Below are positions 1-11,300 of a stretch of 64,000 nt of DNA, in pieces. This DNA comes from the human T2T-CHM13v2.0 reference genome, Homo sapiens. Positions within the stretch are counted from its first letter, which is position 1, and the number at the start of each line of letters is the position of its first letter. The stretch lies in NCBI RefSeq assembly GCF_009914755.1, contig NC_060946.1. One strand, 5' to 3'. Below the pieces are notes generated by a model. That model worked only from the letters and a program-made list of their open reading frames with translations, made no database searches and was not told the origin of the DNA. A program made the position numbers and the translations under genes.

Positions 1-2423
1 CTTAATGTTGACAGGTAGAAGAGACAGTCTTCCTTTGGAGGTATCCAGAATGGTCATTCTCTTCTAAGACATGAAAGGACAGCAGTACTTTTGCAGTCTA
101 AATCCTCGCCCAAGACCCTCTGGGGCCAGCTTGCAGATGTCATCATTGTCCAACCAGAAAGCGACAAAGGAGGTAGATGGTAGGGATGGGGGTGGGAAGG
201 AGGCAGCAGAGGGAGGATCAGAGGACTAGAGGATTCTGTTCTTTTCTTTCCCTTAGGAAACTGAAATTAGCCTAATTAGGTCTGTCCCAGTCCAAGGCCG
301 CGGGGATTGGACAAATTTAGAAGCTATTGACAGGTGAGAGCAACACACGCTGATGGCCCAAAGCGAAACTGAGCTGGCCATTGAGTCAGCGGCTGGAAGG
401 CTCTTTCCCTCCCTCTGTCGTGATGACCGGGATGAAGGAGCCGGCCTCCTGGTTTATCACCTCACCTCTAAATAGCTCCCGGGCTCGGTTTCTTATAAAT
501 TGGTATCTCAAACAGGGATCACCTTCCCATCCCGGAGAACTGGGAGGCAGAGTCACTCCGGGTCAAGCCAGACAGCCACAAGGAGGCCGCGTCAACAGTT
601 CTGGGGCTCACTCTGTACCAGGCACCGCACGGTGTGTTATTCCATTTCATCCTCGTCAGCTCTCTTATCTTCATTTTGTTTACAGAGAAACTGAGGCTGA
701 GTGTCACTGTGTCACTCAGCTAGGAAGATTCTAACAGGCGTGGCTGGGGCCAGGGTGCGTCTCTTCCTCAAAGGTTGGAGTTAAATGGTCCTGGTTCTGA
801 CTCAAGCTGCAACCCCCAGAGGCAGAAGGAGAGGGATGCATGGAGGGGAATGTCTTTTTCCACCAAGCAGCTGCTCCCTTTCACAAGAGGCCAGTTATGT
901 AAGGAAGGCTGCTTCCTCTCCCCTTGCTAAATCTTTTCTAGTGCAGCATAAGGCCAGAGCTAGGGAAAGTCCACACGGGAATAAAAAGAGCAGATTGCTA
1001 AGCACAGAAGCCATTTATAACTAAAACGTCTCAGCTCAGCTTAGGGGAGGGAGTGGTGGAGTCAGGAGACCCGGGTCCCGTTGGGCCAAGGACTTCTATG
1101 TGACTTTGGCACTTACTGTCTACAGGGCCTCAGTTTTCAAGTCTCTCAGTGGGCATCACAGTGTCCCCTAAACCTCATTGAGCTGGTACCAGGGTGCAAT
1201 GAGATGGGACAAAGCATCGTGCACCTTAGGGCTCTGCCCTCAAAACCCTGGGCTAGCCTTGATCTGAGCATCCTGTCCTACTTAGAAATCAAATCCCCAT
1301 AGAGGCCGGAGGGCTAGAATTACAGGGAGAACGGCAAATTCTCCTTCTATCTCTCTCACTTTTCTCCTGCTTTAGACTCAATTTCCTTTCTGTTGAGGAT
1401 TGAGATTCCACCACTTTTAAAAGGTTTTGGGTGGCTTACGAGCAAAACATTCCCATAAAATAAGAGGAAAGGAATCATTTCTAGAACATTCTCTTCATTC
1501 GAGCAACAGCCCTGTAAGGTGTGTATTTTTCTCCCCACTTTCCAGGTGTGGGAATGGATGTCCTGAGAGAGGAAAAGATACAGCCATTCCCACGGCTGAT
1601 CCCCAGCATTTGGCTTTCTAATTTCTGCCTGACTCAGGTGCTCCACCACAGCCCAAGGCCTTACGCTACCACTCCGCCTCTCACGCCTCTCACGGTAAAT
1701 AGGCTACTTAAGGATAAAAGGGAACAGATTTTGCCAGAGGGAAGCAGAAAAGGCAAATTCCTTCAGGCATGCGAGTGAGTGGCAAGGGGTGGGGGGGTTG
1801 CAAGGTTAGGCAATAATGATGACTACATGTTTCAGCAACAGAAGCAAAATGCAAACCCCAAACTCTTGAGTTGAGACACACTTAAAGCAGAGGGCAGTGG
1901 ATCCATCGCCGGGAATGGGTTTCAGGAAGAATGTAACTAGGACTGCGTGCAGGCACGTGTGCACACGGGGCATGCGGATCTTCTCTGCAGCAAGATATTA
2001 GGAGTCAAGGTTTGAAGAGGGCCCTGAGGCTTCACAGCAAGTCGCTCTGCTTCCCTGGGCCTCAGATTCCTTGTATGTATCAGTAACAAAAATATCTTGT
2101 AGAGCTGTTGGGAGGTTTGAATGAGTTAAAAGATGTAAGGCCTGTGTGCTGTACTTGGCACACAGGAAGTGGGGATGAATGCTAACCTCGATTCCTGTTG
2201 GTCAACACACTCTGCGGGGGCAGGCATTGAGTTTGGAAGGCCCAGGCTGGGGACACATGCTCGTGTGAGGCAGGATGGCAGAGGGTCCTGGCTGGACCAC
2301 CGAGCCTCAGTTCTAGCTCTGCTACAGAGAGACCCTGGGCATGTCACTTCTCACGATGCCTCAGTTTCTCCACTTGCAAAATGGGGATAGTGACGGCATC
2401 TACTTCCTAGGATTATTGTAAGG

Positions 2424-2600
2424 CAGTGGTCTTCTAAGTGTGGTTCGCCAGATCATTAGCACCATCTGCTAACTTGTAAGAAATGCAAAAGTGTGGGCTC
2501 CACCTAAGGAATCAGAAACTCCTGGGGTCTGGCACAGCCATCTGTGTTGCCATAGGCCCTCCAGGTGATGCTGACACCCGCTCCCAGCTGGAGACCTGTT
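2424..2600. mobile_element. MER5A-like hAT element
   Basis: cagtggtcttctaagtgtggt...agaaatgcaaa...gaatcagaaact...gccctccaggtgat motifs. Confidence 0.75.
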
Positions 2601-3726
2601 GTGAAGGTGAAGTGTTTGAAAAGCCACCTGCCACATAGTCTGCTTTGTCTGCTTTTTATGCCTGGGCTTTGCAACTGCAGGTGCTTTAACAAAGATTTTT
2701 TTTTGGCACCCTTCACCTCTTTTTCTAGCTTCTCTTTCCTTTTCAGCCTTAAGCCCTCCCCATGTCAGCTCTGCACCAGCCTTTTAGGGTGGCCTTTGAG
2801 AATGAATCAACCACATCTATAAAAGCCTTTGAGCTTCCTGGAAGTAGTTGCCCCAGAGACGGGAATGCAAAGGGTTATTATTAGAACTTTGTCTTCCTAC
2901 CCCCTCCCTTCAATACAGGATCTTCAAGAAACTGATAAGTATCACTCACCTTCAGAAGGACAAACAGAGCAGGGAAAAGAGGCAGTCCCTGGTTTGGGCT
3001 CCCTGGCACCTGCTACAGACAAGTCTCCACAGATCCCCAACCTTGGCTTGCAGATCATCTCCCACTACATACAGCAGTTATGATCCTCATCACTGCACAG
3101 TGCTGCCCAGAGCTGGGTACTTGTTCATTCATTCATTCATTCATTCAACCAAATACACTTTTCTTTTTCTCCCACTATGGGCCAGGCCCTATTCTAGGTG
3201 CTGGGATTAGAACTGAAAAAAACAAAGTTCCTGCTCAGTGGACCTGACATCTTAGTGGAGGAGAAAGAAATAGGCAATAAGTCAATAAATATAATCATCT
3301 TATAGTAAATTAAACTATGAATGAATGAATGAATGAATGAAGCAGGCAGCACAGGTCACGTGCTTCGGAGCTCAAAAGACCCGACTTTCAGACTTTGATC
3401 TTTTCTCTTCCTAGCCTAAAGGGTTTATGCAAGCCCTTAGCCTCTCTGAGCCTCAGTGTGCTCATCTATAAAATGGGAATCATAATAGTATACACTTCAG
3501 AGATAGCTAGGAAGATTAAATGAGTGAAATGCTAAGCACGGTGCCTGGCACATATTGAGCGCTCTATGAACTTAGATGCTATTGCCATCATCACTCAAGG
3601 TCACGCAGCTGAGCCAAAATAGTGAAGTGGTCTTCTGTGTAGAGGTTTATCCACTGAGACATCTGTGAAATCCCGGGGCTGGAACGCACCCCAGTAATTG
3701 GCTAGTGATCTGCCCCATGTCCCATG

Positions 3727-4051
3727 TTTTTTTTTTTTTTTTTTGGTTTTTCGTTTTGTTTTGTTTTGTTTTTGAGATGGAGTCTAGCTCTGCTGTCCAG
3801 GCTGGAGTGCAGTGGTGTGATCTTGGCTCACTGCAACCTCCGCCTCCTGGGTTCAAGTGATTCTCCTGCCTCAGCCTCTTGAGTAGCTGGGATTACAGGT
3901 GTGTGCCACCACGCCTGGCTAATTTTTGTATTTTTAGTAGAGGTGGGGTTTCACCATGTTGGCCAGGCTGGTCTCGAACTCCTGACCTCGTGATCTGCCC
4001 GCCTTGGACTCCCAAAGTGCTGGGATTACAGGCATGAGCCACTGCGCCCGG
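3727..4051 (-). mobile_element. Alu (AluSg-like)
   Basis: Full dimer, poly-T start, ctcgtgatc diagnostic. Confidence 0.95.
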
Positions 4052-4864
4052 CATGCCCCATGGTTTTAAAGACAAGGCACTTTATGGTCAGAGGGGCTCT
4101 GGGACATGCCCCAGATCCCGCCAGGAGTTGAAGGCATCTTCCAGCTATAGGTGGGGCTCGGGCCTTCGGGCCTTTAGAGAGAGTGACAGCAAAGCAGAGT
4201 ATCTGAAACAGAACGTCCTGGGCCCCAAAAAGGCTCTGCTTCCCATCTCGCTGCCTATTGGGCATCATTGCACCCACCCTTCCTGCGTTAGGGGGTTGGG
4301 AGTGAGGAAGGGGGCATCTGCATCTTCCCACCTCAAAAGCATGAAGTGTGGGGCCCCAGTGCCTCAGGGTGGTCTGTGCTCATTGTCTATTTTATGTCTT
4401 GCCTATGAGCTCAATGGAGGCTGCACAGGTGGGCCTGGACCATGCTGTTGGGTTTGAATCCTGGCCCTGACACTTGCTGGCATTGTGACCTTGCACTCAC
4501 TCCCTGGGCTGCCCTTTCTACATCTGCACTTATGTCCTCTGTTGTCCCAAGGTCAAATGAGGTAACCAAACCCAGCACTAGGCTGGACACACATGACATG
4601 CCCAGCTAATAATTCTTTCCTCCCATTCTTGGCAAAACAATCTTCTTGCCCCTTTCTGAACATACCCAAAAGTTTCCAGCCTTGGCTGATGCCAATACCT
4701 TGCCTGGACCCCACTCCCTCTGTCCCCTACAGCCTGTGGCTTAGCCTCCAAGTCCGTACAAAATGCCTGATGCCTGCGCCTCTGCCTCTGGCTGGCACTA
4801 TCGCTTGTTTGTGTATATGTGTAGAGCTGCAAGCAATTTGCAGACAATAAAAATGACATTGCAT

Positions 4865-5168
4865 GGCCGGGTGCAGTGGCTCATGCCTGTAACCCCAGCA
4901 CTTTAGGAGGCTGAGGTGGGCGGATGACTTGAGGTCAGGAGTTCGAGACCAGCCTGGCCAACATGGTGAAACCTCGTCTCTACTAAAAATACAAAAATTA
5001 GCTGGGCATGGTGGTGCGTGCCTGTAATCCCAGCTACTCAGGAGGCTGGGGGAGGGGGGAATTGCTTAAACCCAGGAGGCAGAGGTTGCAGAGAGCTGAG
5101 ATTACACCACTGCACTCCAGCCTGGGTGACAGAGAGAGACTGTCTCTAAATAAATAAATAAATAAATA
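4865..5168 (+). mobile_element. Alu (AluS) with (TAAA)n tail
   Basis: ggccgggtgcagtggctca... full dimer. Confidence 0.95.
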
Positions 5169-6243
5169 AGGCATTGCAGTGGCCATTTATTGAGCATTTG
5201 TTATGTGCTGGGCACTACAGGCCACATTTCCATGTTATAATGCCTAGTTTACAGATGAGGAAGCTGGGGCTCAGGGCTAAGGAGTAGCTGCTCAGGGGCA
5301 CCCAGTCAGGAAATGGGCCTGAATTATTTTTACCTCTTCCATTGCCGGGCACAGAGTTGCTACTCAGTCAACATCTGCTGGATCTGTTAGAAGAGTTTAG
5401 TTGATGCCTTAAGATCTGAGTGTGGCAGGGAGGGAGGGAGGGAGGCAGGGAACTGGGCCAGGTTTGGCTGGTTTCTCTTCAACAGGTAGGTTTTCTGTGA
5501 GCAGTCAGCCATGAAGACCCAGCCCAGGGCTTCTGAGGTATGGCATATTGGCTGCAAATAAAAATGGAAGGCAGGTCTGGAGGCCAGGGTCAGGGTTCAG
5601 ATGGGAGCCAGGCCTTGGGGTGGAGCTGTCTGATAAGCAGATTGGTGGGGATGGGGGTGTGAGGGAGGATCTGCCAAGCACCAGAAGCCCCAGGAGCGGC
5701 CAAGCCAATGATGCCTTTCCAATACCCTCTGCTCCACTCCTTTAAAACCACCTCCCTCCTTCCCAGCCACAAGAAGGGCAGCTGGCATCAGATGGCCAGG
5801 GGACCCCCTGCATTTGACCTGGATAGGGATTCTCCATTCTCGTTACTGGCAGGAAACAAACAAACAGAAAAGAAATCAACAACAACAACAACAACAAAAA
5901 CCCTCTAACTCATAGGCATACACCTACTTTCATAATCCTTGTACCTTTCCCAAAGCAATTTTGTGTTCACAGAATCTTAATTTTCACAACAAGCCCAAAT
6001 AGGTCTTAGGAGAAGCTGATGCACCCCATTTGCCGGGCAAGGGAACGTAGGTGTGCAGAGGTGACGTGTTCAAGGTCACAGCTGGCAAGGGGCAGAGAAG
6101 GAGCAGAGCATGGGGGTCTGGGCTTTACACTCAGGCAGCGGATGTTTATGAAGCACCTGCTCTGTGTGGGGTATTGGCTAGATACTGGGGCTAGAAGGAT
6201 GAATGCAACCCAATCCCTAGTTTTAAGTTTTACATCCACTTAT

Positions 6244-8223
6244 ATGTTGGATGTAAGTGGGTAGAACGTGAAGATTCTAGACAGAAGGTACCCTTGCGAA
6301 GGGACCTAGTTTTAAAAAAATTAGCTAACAAATACATATATAACATTTACTCTGTGCCAGACACTGTTCTAGGCACTTTACATATTAACACATCTAACCC
6401 TTGTAATCACCCTGTAAGAATTATCATTCTATTCAGTTCAGAGATGAGAAAACAGAGGCTCAGAGTAGTTATCAAATTACGCAAGGTCACACAGCTCGAA
6501 AGTGGTAGGGCTGGGATTTTGAACCCAGATAGCCTGGGGCCCAGAGGCCAAACACCTACACACAGTTTTCTCTGAGACCAGCAGAAAAGCCTATTATGGG
6601 AGCAAATGGCAGCTTAGTATGCTGCAAACACTCATTCAGGCCTGGTTCTAAATCCCCACTCCACCGCTATGTCCTAGCTCTTTCAACTAGGCTAAGCACC
6701 TTCAAAGTCCATTTGCCCACCTGCAAAATGGAGATAATTCCGGAGAAAATCATAAGCTAAGAGAGATGGCAATGTGGGTGTGCTCCATGAATGCCACACA
6801 GAGCCAAATGGAGAAAGGAGTGGACGGTGGGCCACTGGTCTCTCACCTGTGCTGACATTGAAGCCTGCAAAGCAAGGCAGGGCCAGGTATTCCCTGTCTG
6901 AATTCCCCACTGATTTCTGGTTTACTGTTTTTCCTGGCTCTGCTGCAAGGCTAGAATAGTATATTTGAGTAAAACCCAAACAGGTTTTGAGACTTGGGGT
7001 TACAGGACACCAGGACAAGATGCTGAGGAGGACAGGAGATAGGAATTTCCATCCCTGGAATCTGAGGATGTGAGAGGCAGAGGATCCTTGGGGATTAGTC
7101 GGCCTCATTTCCTTGGATTAGAGATGGGAGACAGAGGCCCAGCGATCGAGAGACACTGCCCAAGGTCACACAGCCAGTTTGGGCAGAGGTTGGGCCAGTA
7201 TCCATGCAAAAATGCAGGCAGAGTTCAGGAAAAAAAAATCCCAAATCCTCCTGGATCCCCTATCCAGCAGGAAAAACAGAATCTATTCCTTTTAGGTTTT
7301 CAAATTAGGAAAATACACCAGTTTTCCTTTGTCTGGAGTATGTGGCAGAGCTCTCAGACCTAATGGACTGCTTTTTGTCTTCTAATCTGGGGGAGTGAGG
7401 GACCCCCATATCATCCCTTCCTTGTGACAGACATAGCTTCAAACTTTTCGCATCCAACACCCCAAGATCCACAATATGCCCAGACCCCAGGTCACGGCTA
7501 CCCACCGTCAACCCCAATTTTGCCGTCCCCATCTTTGTCTCCAGCAGCCATCAGCATCTTGGTTTCTTTAGCAGACAGGTCTCTGGCATCTGGGGAGAAG
7601 CCTTTTAGGATGAATCTGGAGGAGAAAAGGGAGAAAGCCGGTGAGGGAGTCAGGCCGAGGTCGCCTTGCAGGACGCTGGATGGAGGGTGGTCTGGTTTCT
7701 GTATGGGGAAAGGGATGGCTGGGACAGGCAGCGAGCAGCAGTCACGCACACGGATGCTCTGGGCCAGGTAGCCTGCTCGGTGGCTGTGCTTTCGTGGGTG
7801 AGTATTTAGGAAAGGACAGGCTGTCCTCAGTGAAGGGTTGTCCTCACTTCAGGGAGGGCACCTACATTCGTTAATTTATCCAACAAGTATTCACTAAGTG
7901 TCATTTCTGTGTCTGGCGTATGCTGGAAAGTGGGGTCACAGTGGTGATCTTCGGAAGGCACTGGAAAAAATAAGGAGGTCACGGGCTCCGAGAGAGACCA
8001 CACAGTGTGATGGGCCGTGGAGGAGGGCACTCAGAAGCTGTATCTGCCCACCTGCGGTGAGGGGAGGAGAGGGGAGGCTTCCTGGTGAAGGTGATACCTG
8101 GAGGACAGGGGGAAGTCAGCCTCTGTGAGTGTGTGTGTGTGTGTGTGTGTGTGCGCATAAGTGTGCATGCATGTTGGATGTAAGTGGGTAGAACGTGAAG
8201 ATTCTAGACAGAAGGTACCCTTG
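6244..8223 (+). repeat. 53-bp exact dispersed direct repeat (6244-6296 and 8171-8223) flanking PVALB exon 4
   Basis: atgttggatgtaagtgggtagaacgtgaagattctagacagaaggtacccttg present twice, 1927 bp apart. Confidence 0.97.
7506..7615 (-). CDS. PVALB: Parvalbumin alpha exon 4 (110 nt), [36 protein letters not shown]; EF EF-hand loop
   Basis: Acceptor ttttctcctccag| and donor |GTGGG; 61+133+110 = 304 nt, so the last few codons and the stop must be in an exon left of the window. Confidence 0.98.
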
Positions 8224-8952
8224 TGAGATGGTTTAGGGGAGAGACAGGATGGGTGGGGAAGTCCCTACTTGAAAGGCCTCTCCCTACACCCACCCCCCGC
8301 TTCTCTTTTTGACAAAACTCAAGGCTTTCTTGGCCAGAAAGTGACATAAGGCAACCTGAGTCAGTAGACATGGCCGGGTGGCTGAGGGAATTATGGTGGG
8401 AGATGCTTTTGCAGATGGAGGCATGCATTTTCCTAGCCACAGCCTTCTCCTTCTCTGCTTTCCTCCAAGGACCCCTGGACTCCCAGAGGTGGTTCTGCAT
8501 CCCTGGCTTGCCTAGAAATTGCACCAGCCACACTAGTACCAGAGGGCTGGGGGCTGCAGGAAGGTGGAAAGTGTCTTTTAGACAAATGAAAATCAATGAA
8601 ATACTCAAGTGAATGCTTTCTGCCCTGCCTATGGTGTTAGGCAGCAAGAAAACTGCCTCTTCATTTGCATTAAATTATTAAGTAGCAACATTCCATTAGC
8701 AATATTAAGTGGCTATCATTTAACCTAGTTAGTTGCACTTTCAGCTGAGGGTTTTACTCTTCCGAAGCAATAGCACCAGGAAGCCTTCTCCCCTGGTGCC
8801 CTGGGTCGGAGCCCTGCCTTCACGCACGGTTACTTTCTGTGAAGCAGGCAGAGTGAAAGGCAGGTCTGATGGACACTTGGAAGCTAGAGTCCCAGCCCCC
8901 ACTCCCTCTCGTGCAGCCGTGGGCTGGGCAGCCCCTGCAGGCCTCCGCTTAC

Positions 8953-9085
8953 CCCAGCTCATCCTCCTCGATGAAGCCACTTTTGTCCTTGTCCAGCATG
9001 TGAAACACCTTCTTCACATCATCCGCACTCTTTTTCTTCAGGCCGACCATTTGGAAGAACTTTTTGTGGTCGAAGGAGTCGGTAG
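8953..9085 (-). CDS. PVALB: Parvalbumin alpha exon 3 (133 nt), [44 protein letters not shown]; CD EF-hand loop
   Basis: Acceptor cccacag| and donor |GTAAGC; EF-hand loop [12 protein letters not shown]; phases fit the flanking exons. Confidence 0.98.
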
Positions 9086-9891
9086 CTGTGGGGGGAAGAG
9101 CAGGGTCAAACAAGGACCAGAAAGGCTGGTAGGGAAGCCTGGGAGAATGGGGGGCATCAAGGCATTTGTTGATGGATTCCCACATGCCAGTCATGGGGAA
9201 TGAGAGGTACCCACCTCCATTGGAGGGCTGAGGGAGCCCGGGCAAGGGAGGATAACCTGTCCAAGGTCACAAGGCTGGGAGTGGAAGAGGTGTGCTCAAA
9301 CCCAGACCTCCCTGGCTCTCAAGCCCGCCCCCACACCCCACCTCCACTGCACCCATTGCTGATGATGGGAGCAGCACCTAAGAACCAAAGGCTTTTGTTC
9401 TTCTGAGAACCTTGTGCCCAGGAAGACTTTTGAGTGCCAGCTGGTTGGGAGTGGGCTGGGGAATTGAAGGGGGCATGAACATGGTCCTGGGGTTAGGGGG
9501 AGGAGGGTTGACCTTCTTTCTTGGCCACAGACTTTGTTGCCAGAAAATTGACATAGAAAGGACAGGTTTCCCTCAAGGTCATACAGTGGGAGGAGGAGGG
9601 GCAAACCCGGAAGTCCTGGCTCTGCGCAGAAATCCACTTCGGAGGCAGTGGGAAGGGGGTGTTAGGAGGCTCCCGAGAAACACCCAGTTAAGTTTCTTCC
9701 CACATGGGCTTGAGGTGAAGGGAGAGGGTTATCCCAGGACCCTGGGAGGGTGGCTTCCCAGAGAGGTTCTTGTGCCCAGGGGAGGGGGTGCAAAGCAGAA
9801 AGGAAATGGGGGTCCTTTTCTACCTGCAATTTTCTGTATCTTGGGGTCCTGTTTTAGAACACCTGGGGAAGGGTACAATGTTAGATCATGT

Positions 9892-9926
<35 letters not shown>

Positions 9927-10569
9927 GGAATGGCTGTTGAAGTCATGTTCTCTTCCCCTCAGCACAGGGCTAGAGACAAGGAAAGTTGCCCTGTCCACCT
10001 CCGACACTAGGCTGGGCAACCCAGTTCTAATACCCCTTCTGCCCAGCTAGGTGACCTTGGGCAAATGTCTTGTCCTCTCCAAGACAGTTCCCTGATTTCC
10101 CCATCTGGAGGACAGGGGAGGAGGAAGGCGGGCAGCTTAGCGCTGAAGTCCCGGGCAGCTGGGAGAGGTGAGACTGCCAGTTCCCCTCCCCTGCCCGCCT
10201 AAGGAGGCTGGAGGTTTGAGGCACTGAGGATGCCCCGTGCGGGCTTAGGCAGAGCTGTGCGCCGGCTCCAGAAGGTCACCTCGCCCGCAGGTCCGTTGCT
10301 GAATCTCAGTAAAGGAACTAGGACAGTCAGGGGGCCAACAACGGCTACCGCCTGGCGGGAAAAGTCCTGTCCAGAATGAGGGTCCAGGAAAGGGGTCTCT
10401 TGGAGAGGAGGATGCCCCCTGCAGTCCCCTCTAAGTGCCTTAAAGAGGACGTCCAGAGAGCTCGTACAAGGACCCTGGAGGTCTCTCCTCCGACCCTGGT
10501 CTTCGCCCTTGGTCCCGGACCCTGAGTCCTCCCAGCCACCGGGCCTTCAGCACCCTCAAGTTTCTGTAA

Positions 10570-11300
10570 CTTAGGCGGGGCGCCCTCTTCCCCGCCCGCT
10601 CCCCGCGCCAAGCCTCGCCCGGACAGAGTTTGGGAACTGCCAAGGACGCCCCCGCCCCGACCTCGCCGGCGCCCAGCGGGAAGTGTGGGCAGAAGCGCGC
10701 TGGGGAGGATCCGCCGGCTGCGGGGCCGGCGGAGTGCAGGGGCGCGGGCGGTGGACGAGGGGAGAGGGATGGGGAGGGGAGCGCGCTTGCTCACCGCTAA
10801 AGGCTCCCACCGCCTTCTTGATGTCCTCAGCGTTCAGCAAGTCTGTCATCGACATCCTGCAACTGTTTGAGCGGGCAGAGCAAGTGCGAAAAGATTAAAA
10901 AGTGCTTTTCTCATCATTTCTGCTCATATGACCAGCGCTGCAGTGCTGCGCGCCGGGCGCACGCCCGCCGGGCCTGGCATGGCGCCAGGGGCCCGGACTC
11001 TGAGCGCAGCGGGAGCGGCTCAGTCCAGCCGCGCCGCTGAGCAGCGCCGGCCGCCGGCAAGAAGGCGCGCGGACCTGCTACCACTCCTGCACCGCCAGGC
11101 CAGGGGTCCGCGGGATCCCAGGGGCTGCGGCCAGGGCACGAGGGAAGGGGCCACCTCTGGGATTTAGGGGGCACTGGCGTCACCAGCTGGGTCTGGAAAG
11201 TCCACCTGCCGTCAAGGACACGCAGGAGGTGCGCCGTCTCAGATCTGGGAACCTTGGCGGATGTCCTGCCGCGTGGGGGAAGATCCTGAACCTTCAGCGG
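10570..11300. promoter_or_regulatory. PVALB: CpG island around the PVALB ATG exon; probable second promoter
   Basis: Dense CpGs and GC boxes (GGGGCGGGGC on the minus strand near 10648-10659) in otherwise CpG-poor DNA. Confidence 0.8.
10795..10855 (-). CDS. PVALB: Parvalbumin alpha, first coding exon (exon 2), MSMTDLLNAEDIKKAVGAFS(A), 61 nt
   Basis: ATG at 10855; translation matches the parvalbumin N-terminus; donor GTGAG at 10794; acceptor tcaaacag|TTGCAGGATG with the exon starting at 10862. Confidence 0.98.

Noticed and set aside
3727-5168. Oppositely oriented Alu pair about 0.8 kb apart in PVALB intron 4 (dsRNA or editing substrate)
   Set aside because: Common genome-wide; nothing specific to this locus is visible.
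9412-10050. 212-aa plus-strand ORF antisense to PVALB intron 2
   Set aside because: Non-ATG start, GC-rich, crosses a (TG)n tract, no recognisable domain or splice structure.
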